64,000 nucleotides of DNA from contig JAGGSN010000187.1 of the NCBI GenBank assembly GCA_021159005.1, positions 6,972-70,971 on the forward strand, in the 5' to 3' direction. Each line of letters begins with the position of its first letter. Positions within the stretch are counted from its first letter, which is position 1. The position numbers were made by a program, and so were the translations under genes. The notes beneath the pieces are model-generated. The model was not told the origin of the DNA, ran no database searches, and saw nothing but the letters and a program-made list of their open reading frames with translations. Shown piece by piece: positions 1 to 11,703 of this stretch. The stretch is from Candidatus Zixiibacteriota bacterium. GTDB lineage: Bacteria; Zixibacteria; MSB-5A5; UBA10806; 4484-95.

Positions 1-451
1 CTCATCGTTTTGCAAGTATGCATCACCCTATAGCCGATGTCAACAATTAAAATACCATGAGTTTCCCCGTTTTTTTCAGAACCCGACCTGCGAATAATTT
101 ATTAAAATTTTAGTGGTTGGTGTACGTCCTCGCGCACTAACTTTTTTTCAAATTGTATATATCAATATCCAAAGAATGCATCTACCTAATTTCATGTATT
201 GTCAGGAACTCTTCATGCGTAGTTCCATGCGTTGTCAGTCCGCCCCGGCGGATTTCCAGACAACATCGGCGTTCACGCAAATGGGTTCCTGCCTTCGCGT
301 AAAGCTCGGTGTATTAATAGTCAAGACCGCAAGGAGGGTCTTGACTTGAAAGACGGTATCTAATGGGCTGATGAGTCAAGTCCCAAGCGGACTTGACCTG
401 CTTCGCAATGCATCGTTTGTTGAAAGAAATCTGATAATTTGCCTGAAAAAA

Positions 452-1438
452 CTATATTTTAATTGCTTTTGAGGCGATATCCGTACCAAGCAAATGAACA
501 AATTCTACAAATATCTTTTTGTCAAATTTAATGATAGAAGCCTTCATTTTTAACAATATCTTAAACGGTTTATGGTTCAATTTTAATTTATTGGTACGCA
601 ATGCTTCATCGTAACAATCACAAATAGCGATAATCCGCCCCTCTATACCAATTTCACCTGCTTTTAATCCGAAAGGGTAACCGGTTCCATCAAGACGTTC
701 CTGATGTTCGAGAACAGGACGGAGAGCGCCGCTGGGCACAACACCTGTTTTCTCCAACATGTTTTTGCCTATTATTGGATATTTTTTAAATCGCGTATTT
801 GTGATTCTAAAATTATCATTTTTGCGAAAGTAATAATTTTCGTCAATTATTCTTTTGCCGATTTCGTGCAATAGAGCTCCAATACAAATATTTTGGAGTT
901 TTTCGGGGTTAGTAATCCCACACCGTATGCCAAGAAGTATCGACATGTTAGCGACATTGATAGCATGCGCAATCGGATACGAAATTTTAGAGTAATCCAT
1001 TGTCATTAAATGCCGGGAGGATTCTTTATGAAGCGCCATATAAACATGGTTGTTGCTATGGTCAACCGAGTTCTTTATATTTGCTTTAGACATTGGTTCA
1101 GTTAGAATTCTATCGAGAATGCTCACCGAAGTACTAGTAAGAATATCAATTTTTTCTTCAATTAATACGGATTTATCTTGAAGCAAATTGGGCAGGTTAT
1201 TAATCATGTGGTCATAAAACGGTTCCTTTTGCTCGGAAGGCACATACAGGATTTCCTGCCCGTATTCTATAAGATTATCAAAATCCTTTTGTAATACGGG
1301 AATATTTTGGCATCGGAAAAGTCGAAATGAGCCATTATTTTTCTGATAAAGGTCGAATTGATATACCGAATCAATTGAAATCGACTTTATGCTTATAGGC
1401 AAATATTCACCGTTTTCATTGACATTTTGCTCGCGCAT
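452..1438 (-). CDS. HD-GYP domain protein (metal-dependent phosphohydrolase family), probably degenerate
   Basis: H..NVA, LLHEIGK and HQERLDGTGYP motifs fit an HD-GYP fold, but HD is replaced by HE and HHE by HQE. Confidence 0.65.
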   Translation of the reverse strand: MREQNVNENGEYLPISIKSISIDSVYQFDLYQKNNGSFRLFRCQNIPVLQKDFDNLIEYGQEILYVPSEQKEPFYDHMINNLPNLLQDKSVLIEEKIDILTSTSVSILDRILTEPMSKANIKNSVDHSNNHVYMALHKESSRHLMTMDYSKISYPIAHAINVANMSILLGIRCGITNPEKLQNICIGALLHEIGKRIIDENYYFRKNDNFRITNTRFKKYPIIGKNMLEKTGVVPSGALRPVLEHQERLDGTGYPFGLKAGEIGIEGRIIAICDCYDEALRTNKLKLNHKPFKILLKMKASIIKFDKKIFVEFVHLLGTDIASKAIKI

Positions 1439-1832
1439 ATTTTTATCCCTGATAAAAATTTTAAAGGATCCATTACTTTTACTAAATGCTTTGTAAAATA
1501 TTTATGAATTCCTCTATATCTCTATATCGGTTTTTATAATTATCACTTTTTATCGATAAAGAATTTCTGCAATTATTCTTCAATTTTTTCAAAAGTTAAG
1601 TTGCATTATGAATCAAATTTCCTCTCGGGAATCCGACCTGCAATTGAACAGGAAAAAAATGGGGAGAGTTCCGATAGTTATTAGGTTGACTTAATAAATC
1701 CATTTTTATATGTTTTAATATGATAAGCGATTTACCTTCCAAAAGTTATTCAAACCTCATAATAATAAGCCTTAATATTAATGACCGAAATTAATTACAT
1801 AAATCGATATTGTTTCGATAATAATAGATGCG

Positions 1833-2747
1833 ATGGATAATCAGCAATTATTTACAGGCAAGATAATAGCGATTTTTGGCAAAGATATTAAACTTTATCA
1901 CCAAGGGGATGTTTACAATGCCTCAATAAGGGGCAAGCTGTTGAAGGAATATCAACTTATCTCGCCTGTTGCGGTCGGCGATAATGTCGAATTTAAAATC
2001 ACTATTAAAGGCCAGGTGGTTATTGAAAATGTTCTGCCGCGTAAACAATACTTAGCCCGTCCCGGCAAATTAGTTAAAGGAAAAGTTCAAGTAATCGCGG
2101 CAAATTTAGACCAGCTCGTAATTATCAGCTCTACCCAAAACCCGAATTTCAAGCCCGGTTTGATTGACCGTTTTCTCGTCAGCGCCCTGAATGAAAAACT
2201 TAAGGCTGTAATTGTAATTAACAAGATAGACTTGACTGAAAAAAATATCCACAACGATTATCTCGATGCTTGGAGATCGGTCGGATTTCCTGCCATATAT
2301 ACATCTGCGAAAACCGGCGAGGGCATAGAAAAGCTAATCTCCCTTCTAAAAGGCAAATCATCCGCTATGGCTGGCCATTCCGGCGTCGGCAAATCATCCC
2401 TGCTAAATGCTATTAAACCATCGCTAAAATTAGCTACAAAAAAAATCTCCAAAGCTTCCGGAAGAGGAGTGCATACTACTTCCTCGGTTATTATGTTTCC
2501 TCTTGACAGCGATAGTTGGGTAGTCGATACGCCCGGAATTAAAGTTTTCGGTTTAACCGGAATCGATAAAAATAATTTGTTTCAAAACTTTCCCGAAATG
2601 GCTGAACTTAGCGGCAAATGCAGGTTTAACAATTGCCTGCATATTAGCGAACCGGACTGCGCTGTTAAAAAGGCCGTAGAAACAGGTAGTATAAATAAGT
2701 TCCGTTACTTAAGCTATAAAAGAATATGGGAACAACTTGATGAGTAA
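1833..2747 (+). CDS. rsgA: ribosome small-subunit-dependent GTPase A
   Basis: GHSGVGKSSLLNAI P-loop, VDTPGI, C-terminal Cys/His zinc motif CRFNNCLHISEPDCAV. Confidence 0.85.
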   Translation: MDNQQLFTGKIIAIFGKDIKLYHQGDVYNASIRGKLLKEYQLISPVAVGDNVEFKITIKGQVVIENVLPRKQYLARPGKLVKGKVQVIAANLDQLVIISSTQNPNFKPGLIDRFLVSALNEKLKAVIVINKIDLTEKNIHNDYLDAWRSVGFPAIYTSAKTGEGIEKLISLLKGKSSAMAGHSGVGKSSLLNAIKPSLKLATKKISKASGRGVHTTSSVIMFPLDSDSWVVDTPGIKVFGLTGIDKNNLFQNFPEMAELSGKCRFNNCLHISEPDCAVKKAVETGSINKFRYLSYKRIWEQLDE

Positions 2748-2947
2748 AATTATTGATAAAAAAGCGGTTAGAGCTTGGAGAAAAATAAATTAAAAATTAT
2801 GATAATCATTAATACATTTTACTGATTTATAACCTCAAATGTTTGAGCGGGTTGTAAGGCATAGTTTAATTCATTTATTAAAACAGTGCAACTTATGATA
2901 TAATAAATAGTTAGATATGTAAAAAAAACTTGTAAGTGCTTAAGAAA

Positions 2948-2990
2948 AAGCTTGACAAGAATAATGCAAATTATTACCTTGCTAAAAGTT
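2948..2990 (+). promoter_or_regulatory. putative sigma70 promoter upstream of rpsU (TTGACA near 2953) followed by small hairpin overlapping the SD
   Basis: gcTTGACAagaataatgcaaattattacc; CCTTTccgAAAGG hairpin plus GGGGG SD at 3031-3048. Confidence 0.3.
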
Positions 2991-3053
2991 AAGTAAGATG
3001 CTTAGCAGTTTTGCAATGTAAACCCTTAACCTTTCCGAAAGGGGGTTGAATGA

Positions 3054-3251
3054 ATGACAGGTGTCCGTGTACGTATGGACGAGGCTTTTGAAAGAGCATT
3101 AAAAAGATTTACCAAGACTTGTGAAAAAGCTGGGATTCTCTCTGATATAAAAAAACATCAACATTTCGAAAAACCATCCGACCGCAAGAAACGTAAACAA
3201 AATGCTGCCCGACGTAAGGCTCGGAAGAAAACCAGCTATTCGTATTATTGA
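3054..3251 (+). CDS. rpsU: 30S ribosomal protein S21
   Basis: MTGVRVRMDEAFERALKRF...KPSDRKKRK typical S21 sequence, 65 aa. Confidence 0.9.
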   Translation: MTGVRVRMDEAFERALKRFTKTCEKAGILSDIKKHQHFEKPSDRKKRKQNAARRKARKKTSYSYY

Positions 3252-3706
3252 AAGCTGCAATGAAGTTAGTTGATAAAATTAATGAGGACATCAAAACCGC
3301 TATGAAAAAGGGCGACAAGACCCGGCTTAGCGTGTTGCGAATGTTCAAGTCCGACTTGAAATACAGGCAAATTGATGCGGGTAGAGATATTACCGATGAT
3401 GATTGCGTTGCTGTTTTATCCAGTGCCGCTAAAAAACGACGGGATGCAATTGAGGGGTTTGGCAGGGGCGGCCGCAACGATTTAGTCGATAAGGAAAAAG
3501 CCGAACTTGAAATAATCAACGAATATCTGCCAAAACAAATTTCCGATGAAGAGTTGAGTAGGCTTGTCGATGACGTTGTCTCGGAAACTAATGCCTCTAC
3601 GACAACTGATATCGGTATGGTTATGAAAAATATCATGCCAAGGGTTAAGGGAAGGGTTGATGGCAGAAAAGTTAACGAATTAGTTGTGAATAAACTTAAA
3701 GAATAG
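3248..3706 (+). CDS. yqeY: GatB/YqeY domain protein
   Basis: overlaps rpsU stop; N-terminus LVDKINEDIKTAMKKGDKTRLSVLRM matches YqeY family. Confidence 0.8.
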   Translation: MKAAMKLVDKINEDIKTAMKKGDKTRLSVLRMFKSDLKYRQIDAGRDITDDDCVAVLSSAAKKRRDAIEGFGRGGRNDLVDKEKAELEIINEYLPKQISDEELSRLVDDVVSETNASTTTDIGMVMKNIMPRVKGRVDGRKVNELVVNKLKE

Positions 3707-3725
3707 TTTTGAGCAGGAGGGGATT

Positions 3726-4403
3726 TTGAACTGGATAGATTTTTTTATCGCAGTGGTTTTGCTTATAACTGTCGCCATCGGTTTTAGGCAAGGGCTTTTT
3801 AGGTCTATATTCACTTTATTAGGGTTAGTTGCCGCAACAATAATTACGTTCAGTTATGCAGATTGGCTGGCAATTCAGGTTGAGGGTATGTTTAATATTT
3901 CGCCAAGTTTGCGTTATACTTTTTGTTTTATGGCTTTGTTTCTGGTGATGGTGGCGGTATTAAAAATTATCAGCCGCTACTTCTATAGAATGGCTAAATT
4001 AACGCCTCTAAAATATCCCGATATGATTGGCGGCGGGTTGTTGGGTTTATTCCGAGGTGTAGTAATTGTATCAATGATTTTTATGATGTTTATTTTTTTC
4101 CCGGCATTTCAACAATTCAATCAGTCGGTTGATGAGTCTGTATTAGCGTCTCATGTCCGACAAGTAGTGCCGGTGGTTTTTAACATGACCATATCTTTAC
4201 ATCCCGAAAGCGGTCCCTTTGTCGATAAAATCTCTAAAGGCATATTAGGCTCCAAAACAGAAAAATATGCAAAAAACCCTAGGTCTCTGCTCGGTAAAAA
4301 TGAAGTGCTGGGATTTACAAACAAAGATATAGGCGTTCTCGATAATATAGATAAATACTTTGGCGAAACATTAGAACTGGCTACAAAAGATAAAAAAGAT
4401 TAA
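3726..4403 (+). CDS. CvpA family membrane protein
   Basis: N-terminal MNWIDFFIAVVLLITVAIGFRQG, several TM helices, ~225 aa. Confidence 0.55.
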   Translation: MNWIDFFIAVVLLITVAIGFRQGLFRSIFTLLGLVAATIITFSYADWLAIQVEGMFNISPSLRYTFCFMALFLVMVAVLKIISRYFYRMAKLTPLKYPDMIGGGLLGLFRGVVIVSMIFMMFIFFPAFQQFNQSVDESVLASHVRQVVPVVFNMTISLHPESGPFVDKISKGILGSKTEKYAKNPRSLLGKNEVLGFTNKDIGVLDNIDKYFGETLELATKDKKD

Positions 4404-4545
4404 TAATTTAGGGAGGTTGTTTCAATAGCGCTTAGATATTCTGCATCTGAGCAGTTATCGTGTTATTATTCCAAGCGCTATATGCCTGATTATCCGGCTT
4501 TTGAGACGGTCTTTCAGGGAAGGAATTGTCTATCGGCAAATTTGT

Positions 4546-6894
4546 ATGAATTCTCATGCACTTGAAGTACTGGAGTTTGATCGGATAGTTGAAAAACTCC
4601 ATGGATTATGCTGGAGTATTCCGGCTAAAAGATACCTTATTGAACCTACCATTAACTCTGATTGGATTGAACATTCTCTCGATTGCTTAGCGGAGATGGT
4701 TGATGTATACAAATCCGATGGCGGTCCTCCCACATTGGTTTTTGATGATATAGATATGATGTTGGAAAAAACAGCGGCTGAAGGTGTTGTGCTTGAACCG
4801 TCAGAATTGATTAAAACGGCAAATTTATATAATGTTGTTATGGGCTTTAAACAACTAAATAAAAAATATGCTAATATAGGCAGAATTTGTGAAAAATTGA
4901 CATATAGCGATGAGATTACCGCTGGAATCAACCAGGCAATTTTGCCGCCCAATGAAATTAAAGACAACGCTACGCCCGAACTGAAAAACATCCGCCGGCA
5001 AATAAGACAAACCAGACAGCGGCTCGAATCGAAATATAATTCCTATCTCGAATCTGATTATGCCAAATACCTCTCCGATAATGTCGTTACCGTAAGAGAC
5101 GGGCGTTTTGTTCTTCCGGTAAGGGAAGGCGATAAAAACCGCATACAAGGCATTGTGCACGATAGATCATCCACTGGCGCCACATTTTTTGTCGAACCGC
5201 TCGATGCTGTCGAATACAACAACAAATACCGCGAATTATTAGCCGCTGAAAAACAAGAAATTTTCCGCATTCTCAGAACCTTAACAGATCTTGTCCTCGA
5301 AAGCATCGATTCTATTAAAAGCAATATTAAAATCCTTGTCGAATTGGATATTTATTCGGCAAAAGCAAGGTTGGCAATAAAGCTTAAATGCAGCCGCCCC
5401 AAAATCAACGATGAAAGCTATTTCGATATTAAACGAGGCTTCCATCCCTTGCTGCGCTGGCGCGATATACAAAACGGTAATGATGCCTTAGTCCCGCTTG
5501 ATATCGAGCTTGGTAAAGAATTTACAACGCTGGTAATAACCGGTCCCAACACCGGCGGCAAGACTGTCGCCTTAAAAACGGTCGGTCTTGTCTGCCTGAT
5601 GGCGCAATCCGGCATGTTTATTCCTGCGGCTGAGGGTTCATCCGTACCGATTTTTAAAAATATATTCGCCGATATAGGCGATGAGCAATCGCTTGAATCA
5701 TCGCTTTCGACATTTTCGGCACATCTCGCCAATATCAAAACTGCGCTGAGCGAGGCTGCTCATGAATGCCTCGTGCTCTTAGATGAAATCGGCGCCGGCA
5801 CCGATCCCGATGAGGGCGCGGCGCTGGGGCAAGCTATTATAGAAAAGCTAACCGAACAAAATATCCTCTCGATAGTAACCACACATCACGGCAAACTCAA
5901 AACGCTGGCTATTAACATCGAGGGCGTTCAAAACGGTTCGCTCGATTTCGACAGCCGCAACATGAAGCCGACATACCGCTTCAGGCTGGGAACGCCCGGC
6001 CTTTCCTATGCCATCGAAACCGCAGTTAAAATCGGCTTGGATAAATCAATTACCGAACGGGCTGAATCGCTAATCGACCGCTCGGAAAGAAAACTGGCGC
6101 GTATTATTAGCGAACTTTCGGAAAAACTTCAGGCAACAGATGAAACTTTAGTCGAGGCGGAAAATAAAAGACTATCGTATGAAGCATTGTCGAATATTTA
6201 TAAAGAAAAACTCGATAATGTCCAGCAAGAACAAAAGCGTATAAAAAAGGAAGCTCTTCAAGAAGCCGAAAAGATGGTTTACAAACTTAAAGGCGAGATA
6301 ACCGACCTTATTGATGAGGCGAAAAAATCTGACAAGAAAGTAGAAGCCTTTCGCGCCGCCAAACATCAGGCTCAGGAGCAGATTCAAAACCTTAATGAAA
6401 AAATTAGGCAATTCGAACCGCCTGTTAATCAAGCGGCGGCTGATGGAACCGAAGGCGAAAAAGTGTATCTCCCCGACTTGAAAGCAATCGGCGAAATTGT
6501 CGAAAAACCCGAACCCAGCGGCAAGGTGCGAGTGCGCATTGGCAATGTGATTCTGCATACTGAGATGCGAAAGCTTTTCAAATCATCCGAACAGGGTGAA
6601 GCAAAAGCGCCGATAACTCATACCAATCCTTTTGTTAATGTTGACCCGTCAATGGAAATCGATTTGAGAGGCATGACATTCGATGAAGCTCAACCGGTGC
6701 TCGATAAATACCTCGAGGATGTATACCAGGCTCATCTTGATAACGTAACCGTAATCCATGGCAAAGGCACTGGCGTCTTAAGAATCAAGGTGCAGGATTA
6801 CCTTAAAAGACATTCCAAGGTAAAATCATTCCGGCTTGGCAATTGGAATGAAGGCTCATTCGGCGTAACGATAGTCGAGATTGTAAAGGACTGA
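4546..6894 (+). CDS. mutS2: endonuclease MutS2
   Basis: GPNTGGKTV Walker A, DEIGAGTDP, long coiled-coil, C-terminal Smr domain (VIHGKGTGVLR); start placed at MNSHALEVLEF. Confidence 0.85.
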   Translation: MNSHALEVLEFDRIVEKLHGLCWSIPAKRYLIEPTINSDWIEHSLDCLAEMVDVYKSDGGPPTLVFDDIDMMLEKTAAEGVVLEPSELIKTANLYNVVMGFKQLNKKYANIGRICEKLTYSDEITAGINQAILPPNEIKDNATPELKNIRRQIRQTRQRLESKYNSYLESDYAKYLSDNVVTVRDGRFVLPVREGDKNRIQGIVHDRSSTGATFFVEPLDAVEYNNKYRELLAAEKQEIFRILRTLTDLVLESIDSIKSNIKILVELDIYSAKARLAIKLKCSRPKINDESYFDIKRGFHPLLRWRDIQNGNDALVPLDIELGKEFTTLVITGPNTGGKTVALKTVGLVCLMAQSGMFIPAAEGSSVPIFKNIFADIGDEQSLESSLSTFSAHLANIKTALSEAAHECLVLLDEIGAGTDPDEGAALGQAIIEKLTEQNILSIVTTHHGKLKTLAINIEGVQNGSLDFDSRNMKPTYRFRLGTPGLSYAIETAVKIGLDKSITERAESLIDRSERKLARIISELSEKLQATDETLVEAENKRLSYEALSNIYKEKLDNVQQEQKRIKKEALQEAEKMVYKLKGEITDLIDEAKKSDKKVEAFRAAKHQAQEQIQNLNEKIRQFEPPVNQAAADGTEGEKVYLPDLKAIGEIVEKPEPSGKVRVRIGNVILHTEMRKLFKSSEQGEAKAPITHTNPFVNVDPSMEIDLRGMTFDEAQPVLDKYLEDVYQAHLDNVTVIHGKGTGVLRIKVQDYLKRHSKVKSFRLGNWNEGSFGVTIVEIVKD

Positions 6895-6896
6895 TT

Positions 6897-8651
6897 ATGG
6901 CTGGCCCAATACCGGAAAACATTGTCGAAAAAATAAAAAATGACACCGATATCCTCGACTTGATTTCAGAATATGTTACGCTTAAAAAAGCCGGCAAAAA
7001 TTATGTCGGTTTATGTCCGTTCCACAATGAGAAAACGCCGTCGTTTACTGTTTCGCCCGATAAGGGATTCTTCCATTGTTTCGGCTGTAAAGAATCAGGC
7101 AATGCCATAGGCTTTATCATGCGTCATGAAAGCCTGGATTTCCCGGAAGCCTTGAGATTCTTAGCCAAGCGCGCCGGTATCGCGATTCCCGAAAAAGGTT
7201 CCGTTGACTCCATCGCGACCAAACTTTACCAGGCGATTGAATACGCCCAAAGCTTCTATGTGAAGCATCTTAAAAACTCGACCGCCTATGAATATATTAA
7301 ATCGCGCGGCATAAATGATGATGTGATTAAAGAGTTATGGGTTGGTTTTGCGCCTCCCGGCTGGGATAATCTGTATAAAGAGATTTTAAAAGATAAATTG
7401 TCGCCGGAGGTCTTTGAAAAAGCAGGCCTGCTGGTGAAACGTGAAAAACAACCGGGTTATTACGATAAATTCCGCAACCGGTTGATGTTTCCTATATACA
7501 GCCTTTCCGGCCGCTCTATCGGTTTTGGCGGGCGCGCATTAAACGATGAAGAAGGGCCTAAATATCTAAACTCGCCGGAGACTGCTATATATCATAAAGG
7601 GTCTGTGCTGTATGGTCTAAACTGGTCTAAAAATTCAATCCGTCAATCTACTAAAGCTGTTATTGCCGAGGGCTATTTCGATTACATCTCATTATATCAA
7701 GCTGGCATAAAAAATATAGTTGCCGTATCAGGCACCGGCTTTACCGCCAATCAGGCTAATATGCTGGCGCGTTTTAGTGGTGAGGTTATTCTCCTATATG
7801 ATGCCGATTCGGCAGGCCTAAAAGCCACTTACCGGGCAGTTGAGGTTCTCTACAATGCAGGTCTTGAACCTAAGATTGTCAGGCTGCCCGAGGGTTCCGA
7901 CCCCGACAGCTTTATCGTCGAGCATGGCTCTGAAAAGCTTGCTATGTTGATTGATTCTGCCAAAAGCTATCTCGAGTTTGTAAGCGATTCGCTTCCCGAT
8001 AAATTTGTCCGGCTATCAATATCGCATCAGGAGAAACTTATCAAGTCATTAGCGGAAACTGCCGCCGGCATTGATGATAGATTAAAGCATGAATTATTTG
8101 TGCGTAAAGCCATTGAAATATTCGATCTCCCGCTGTCTGCAGAAGCTAAATTTCATAAACGGGGAGACGTCCAACAATCAAGAAGTAAGCAAACCGAACG
8201 GCTTGGCCGCGCTAAATTTGAGATTACATATCTTGGGTTAATAATGTCGCATCCCGAGTTTATTGATGAAAGTCTAAAAGTTATCAAGGAGGATAATTTT
8301 CAAGATTCTTTAAACAGAAGAATTTATGAAAAATTGAATATTATTGACATAAACAATCAGCCTGTCGGCGGACACGGCTTTTCAGTCGGCGATTTCCTTG
8401 AGCATTTTACAGATAAAAATCTCAGACAAAGATTAACCGAGATAATTATCAATGAAACTGCGGGAGCGCCGCCGGAGATGCTTTTTGATGAATATATGGC
8501 AAATTTTAAAAAGTTTATAGTAGCCGACCGTTTGGGCAAACTAAGAATCAAATTGGCCAATGCTGAAAAGGAGGGTAAAATCGAAGAATCAGAAAAAATT
8601 TACAGGGAATTTCAAGATCTTCAGAATACCGCTAACCAGGAGAGGATATAA
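6897..8651 (+). CDS. dnaG: DNA primase
   Basis: [11 protein letters not shown]...FHCFGC zinc ribbon, TOPRIM EGYFD...LYDADSAG. Confidence 0.9.
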   Translation: MAGPIPENIVEKIKNDTDILDLISEYVTLKKAGKNYVGLCPFHNEKTPSFTVSPDKGFFHCFGCKESGNAIGFIMRHESLDFPEALRFLAKRAGIAIPEKGSVDSIATKLYQAIEYAQSFYVKHLKNSTAYEYIKSRGINDDVIKELWVGFAPPGWDNLYKEILKDKLSPEVFEKAGLLVKREKQPGYYDKFRNRLMFPIYSLSGRSIGFGGRALNDEEGPKYLNSPETAIYHKGSVLYGLNWSKNSIRQSTKAVIAEGYFDYISLYQAGIKNIVAVSGTGFTANQANMLARFSGEVILLYDADSAGLKATYRAVEVLYNAGLEPKIVRLPEGSDPDSFIVEHGSEKLAMLIDSAKSYLEFVSDSLPDKFVRLSISHQEKLIKSLAETAAGIDDRLKHELFVRKAIEIFDLPLSAEAKFHKRGDVQQSRSKQTERLGRAKFEITYLGLIMSHPEFIDESLKVIKEDNFQDSLNRRIYEKLNIIDINNQPVGGHGFSVGDFLEHFTDKNLRQRLTEIIINETAGAPPEMLFDEYMANFKKFIVADRLGKLRIKLANAEKEGKIEESEKIYREFQDLQNTANQERI

Positions 8652-10123
8652 TGGTAGAAGGGGAAAATTCAGGGTTGCCAGATTTTGACCGTGGATTATC
8701 ATTAGATAATGAAGGCAATGCGGCGAATGGCAGTGAGAATTCAAGTGATGTTAGTATACGCCGGGAAGTAGATGCCTCTGATGCGGGAGGCGATACTACT
8801 TGGGTATATTTTAAAGACCTTGGCAGGTTCAAAATTCTTACCAGGGAACAGGAAGTAGCTGTTGCTCGTCAGATAGAACAACATAAAATACACATCAAAG
8901 AGATAATATTTTCTTCATTAGCTGTCCTTGAAAAAATGATTGAGTGTCAGGACAAGCTTATCAATAAAGAAATCCGGCTTGAGGATATCGTTTCGCCGGA
9001 AACCTGCCGCTGGTTTGCTCCCGAAAACATCAAACGGGAAAAGCTGAAAGTTTTAAATCGCTTGAAAAAGATTAAGAAAATCATCAGCAATTTTGACAGG
9101 CCATTGGGAGATTACTCTCAAGAGAATCTTAAGGATGAGCTCAAATTACGCATTCAGTTGCGTAAAAAACTAATGAATGAAATCGAGAAATTCAATTTCA
9201 ACCTTGAGTTTTTAGATAACCTTATGTATGTATTTAAAAAAAGAACTTCCGGAGGCAGAAGATTTCACCGCCCGCAAAACAACCTGCCCGAGTTGAAAAA
9301 TAATGATCCTTGCGGATATTTATTGGCCGAGGAATTGCCTGTTGATGAACTTTCAAGATTAAAAAAGAAATTGCGCTTTCTCGAAAGAGAGTTGGAAGCT
9401 GCCAAAAAAATAATGATTGAAGCCAACATGCGCTTGGTAATTTCAATTGCCCGAAAATATATTGGCAGGGGCATGGAGTTTATGGACTTAGTACAAGAAG
9501 GCAATTCTGGCTTAGTTAAAGCTGTCGATAAATTCGATTATACAAAGGGCTTCAAATTCGGCACTTACGCTTCATGGTGGATACGTCAGGCTATCACCAG
9601 ATCATTAGCCGAACAGGCCAAAACTATCCGTACGCCAATGTATCTAAATAGCCAGTATGGCAGAGTGGCTAAAGTTTCGCAAAACCTGTTCCAGAAACTC
9701 GGACGCAAACCGAATGTCAAGGAAATATCAAAACTTTCAGGCTTTTCGGTAGACAAAGTCTCTGATATCCTGCAGATGATACCCCAAACGGTCTCGCTTT
9801 CGAAACCGCTTGGCGATGATGAGGAAAACCAGATATCAAATCTGATTGCCGACCCGCAATTCTCGACAACTTCGGGCAAAGCGTCGTTTGTATATCTTCA
9901 GGACCAAATAGAAAAAACGCTAAACTCATTGACTGTCCGTGAGGAGGAAATCATCAGGCTGCGTTTCGGTATGAATGACGGTATGCCGCGCACTCTCGAG
10001 GAGGTCGGTTTGATATTTAATCTGACACGCGAACGCATCCGCCAAATTGAGGCCAAAGCGCTAAAGAAGCTGCGCCATCGCACTCGTTCCGATAAACTGA
10101 GAAAATGTGTTGATTTGCTGTGA
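8651..10123 (+). CDS. rpoD: RNA polymerase sigma factor RpoD (sigma70)
   Basis: region 2 [37 protein letters not shown], region 4 [18 protein letters not shown]; follows dnaG. Confidence 0.9.
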   Translation: MVEGENSGLPDFDRGLSLDNEGNAANGSENSSDVSIRREVDASDAGGDTTWVYFKDLGRFKILTREQEVAVARQIEQHKIHIKEIIFSSLAVLEKMIECQDKLINKEIRLEDIVSPETCRWFAPENIKREKLKVLNRLKKIKKIISNFDRPLGDYSQENLKDELKLRIQLRKKLMNEIEKFNFNLEFLDNLMYVFKKRTSGGRRFHRPQNNLPELKNNDPCGYLLAEELPVDELSRLKKKLRFLERELEAAKKIMIEANMRLVISIARKYIGRGMEFMDLVQEGNSGLVKAVDKFDYTKGFKFGTYASWWIRQAITRSLAEQAKTIRTPMYLNSQYGRVAKVSQNLFQKLGRKPNVKEISKLSGFSVDKVSDILQMIPQTVSLSKPLGDDEENQISNLIADPQFSTTSGKASFVYLQDQIEKTLNSLTVREEEIIRLRFGMNDGMPRTLEEVGLIFNLTRERIRQIEAKALKKLRHRTRSDKLRKCVDLL

Positions 10124-10355
10124 TTGATTGCTTTGCGTTGTCAGGCTGCCTAAACAGCTGAATAATCTGTTATGACAGACCGGAAAAATCGGATACTTTA
10201 TTTTGCCGCTTTTTGACGTGTCTTTCTATCTCTTTATGATACAGCATGTTGAAAATTCTAAAATTCTATAAAAATCGCTATATTTAACTTGCATTTTTTC
10301 ATTTGTTAATTATCTTAAAACCTTATCCGTTTTAGAGAAACGGTGTTTTATAGTT

Positions 10356-11672
10356 ATGTTTGAACAGTTGACTGAAAGACTTGAATCGGTATTCAAAAAG
10401 ATTACCGGACGCGGCATCCTTAACGAAAAGGATGTCAAGGAAGCAATGCGGGAAATCCGCATGGCTCTTCTTGAGGCTGATGTCAATTACAAGGTCGCCA
10501 AAAAGCTAATTGTCAACATACAGGAACGCGCGGTCGGGCAAGAGGTTGCCAAATCGATAAAACCCGGTCAGCAGGTTGTAAAAATTGTCAGCGATGAGCT
10601 AACCAAGCTTCTCGGCGAACAAAATGCTCCTCTGAATACAGCTTCCCAGCCGCCGACAATCATCATGATAATAGGCCTTCATGGCGGCGGTAAAACAACG
10701 CTCGCCGGAAAGCTTGCCAAACTGCTTGGCTCGCGCGGCAAACATCCGCTTTTAGTGGCCGCTGATATTCATCGACCGGCAGCCAAAAAACAACTTGAGG
10801 TGCTGGCCAAATCAATTAATATGCCGTACTACACAAGCGATTCCAATGCTCCCGGAATATGCCTTGAGGCTGTAAATCACGCGAAGGAAAAGTTGTACGA
10901 TACTGTTATTCTTGATACCGCCGGACGTTTGCAAATCGATGATGATTTAATGGCTGAGCTTGCAGATATAAAAACTAAGGTGAATCCCGCAGAGGTGTTG
11001 TTTGTGGCGGATGCAATGACCGGTCAGGAAGCGGTAAATGTCGCTTCCTCGTTCAACGAGAAAATCGGCATTACCGGTGTTGCCCTAACCAAACTGGATG
11101 GCGATGCCCGCGGCGGCGCGGCATTATCTATTAAATCGGTTCTGGATGTGCCGATTAAATTCGTCGGTATTGGTGAGAAACTTGATGCAATTGAGGAATT
11201 TCACCCCGAACGAATGGCCTCCCGGATTCTGGGTATGGGCGATATTATAACCTTAGTTGAAAAAGCCCAGCAGAACGTAGATATCGAAAAAGCTAAAAAA
11301 CTCGAACAAAAGCTTCGCAAACAGGAATTTACTTTCGAGGATTTCCTTGACCAGTTAAAGCAGGTCAAGAAAATGGGACCGCTGGAGTCGCTTCTGGAAA
11401 TGGTTCCGGGCATGGGCGGAAAGCTGAAAGGGCTTTCCATTGATGATAAGGCATTGCCCCGAATCGAGGCGATTATTTGTTCGATGACTGTTCAGGAACG
11501 CCGTAATCCGTCAATAATTAACGGCTCAAGAAGAAAAAGAATTGCGCGCGGCAGCGGAACATCTGTACATGATATTAATGTTCTATTAAAGCAATTTACG
11601 CAGATGCGGAAAATGATGAAGAATTTTTCAAAGTTTAATTTCAAAGGTTTTCCGAAAGGGTTTCCGATATAA
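10356..11672 (+). CDS. ffh: signal recognition particle protein Ffh
   Basis: GLHGGGKTT, DTAGR, TKLDGDARGG, Met-rich M domain. Confidence 0.9.
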   Translation: MFEQLTERLESVFKKITGRGILNEKDVKEAMREIRMALLEADVNYKVAKKLIVNIQERAVGQEVAKSIKPGQQVVKIVSDELTKLLGEQNAPLNTASQPPTIIMIIGLHGGGKTTLAGKLAKLLGSRGKHPLLVAADIHRPAAKKQLEVLAKSINMPYYTSDSNAPGICLEAVNHAKEKLYDTVILDTAGRLQIDDDLMAELADIKTKVNPAEVLFVADAMTGQEAVNVASSFNEKIGITGVALTKLDGDARGGAALSIKSVLDVPIKFVGIGEKLDAIEEFHPERMASRILGMGDIITLVEKAQQNVDIEKAKKLEQKLRKQEFTFEDFLDQLKQVKKMGPLESLLEMVPGMGGKLKGLSIDDKALPRIEAIICSMTVQERRNPSIINGSRRKRIARGSGTSVHDINVLLKQFTQMRKMMKNFSKFNFKGFPKGFPI

Positions 11673-11703
11673 ATTTATAAGTTTAAATATAACAGGAGGA
11701 TAA

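Noticed and set aside
113-349. Track ORF of 78 aa at the window start
   Set aside because: It runs through the family-A repeat and paired hairpins. No RBS or domain. Most likely non-coding repeat-derived sequence, apart from the possible IS-end relic noted in findings.
10124-10355. Small hairpins (CAGGCTG…CAGCTG; CCGTTTtagagaAACGG) between rpoD and ffh as a regulatory RNA
   Set aside because: Short stems (6 bp) with no conservation evidence available. CTGCCTAAACAG resembles the family-C partner motif, so probably another repeat fragment.
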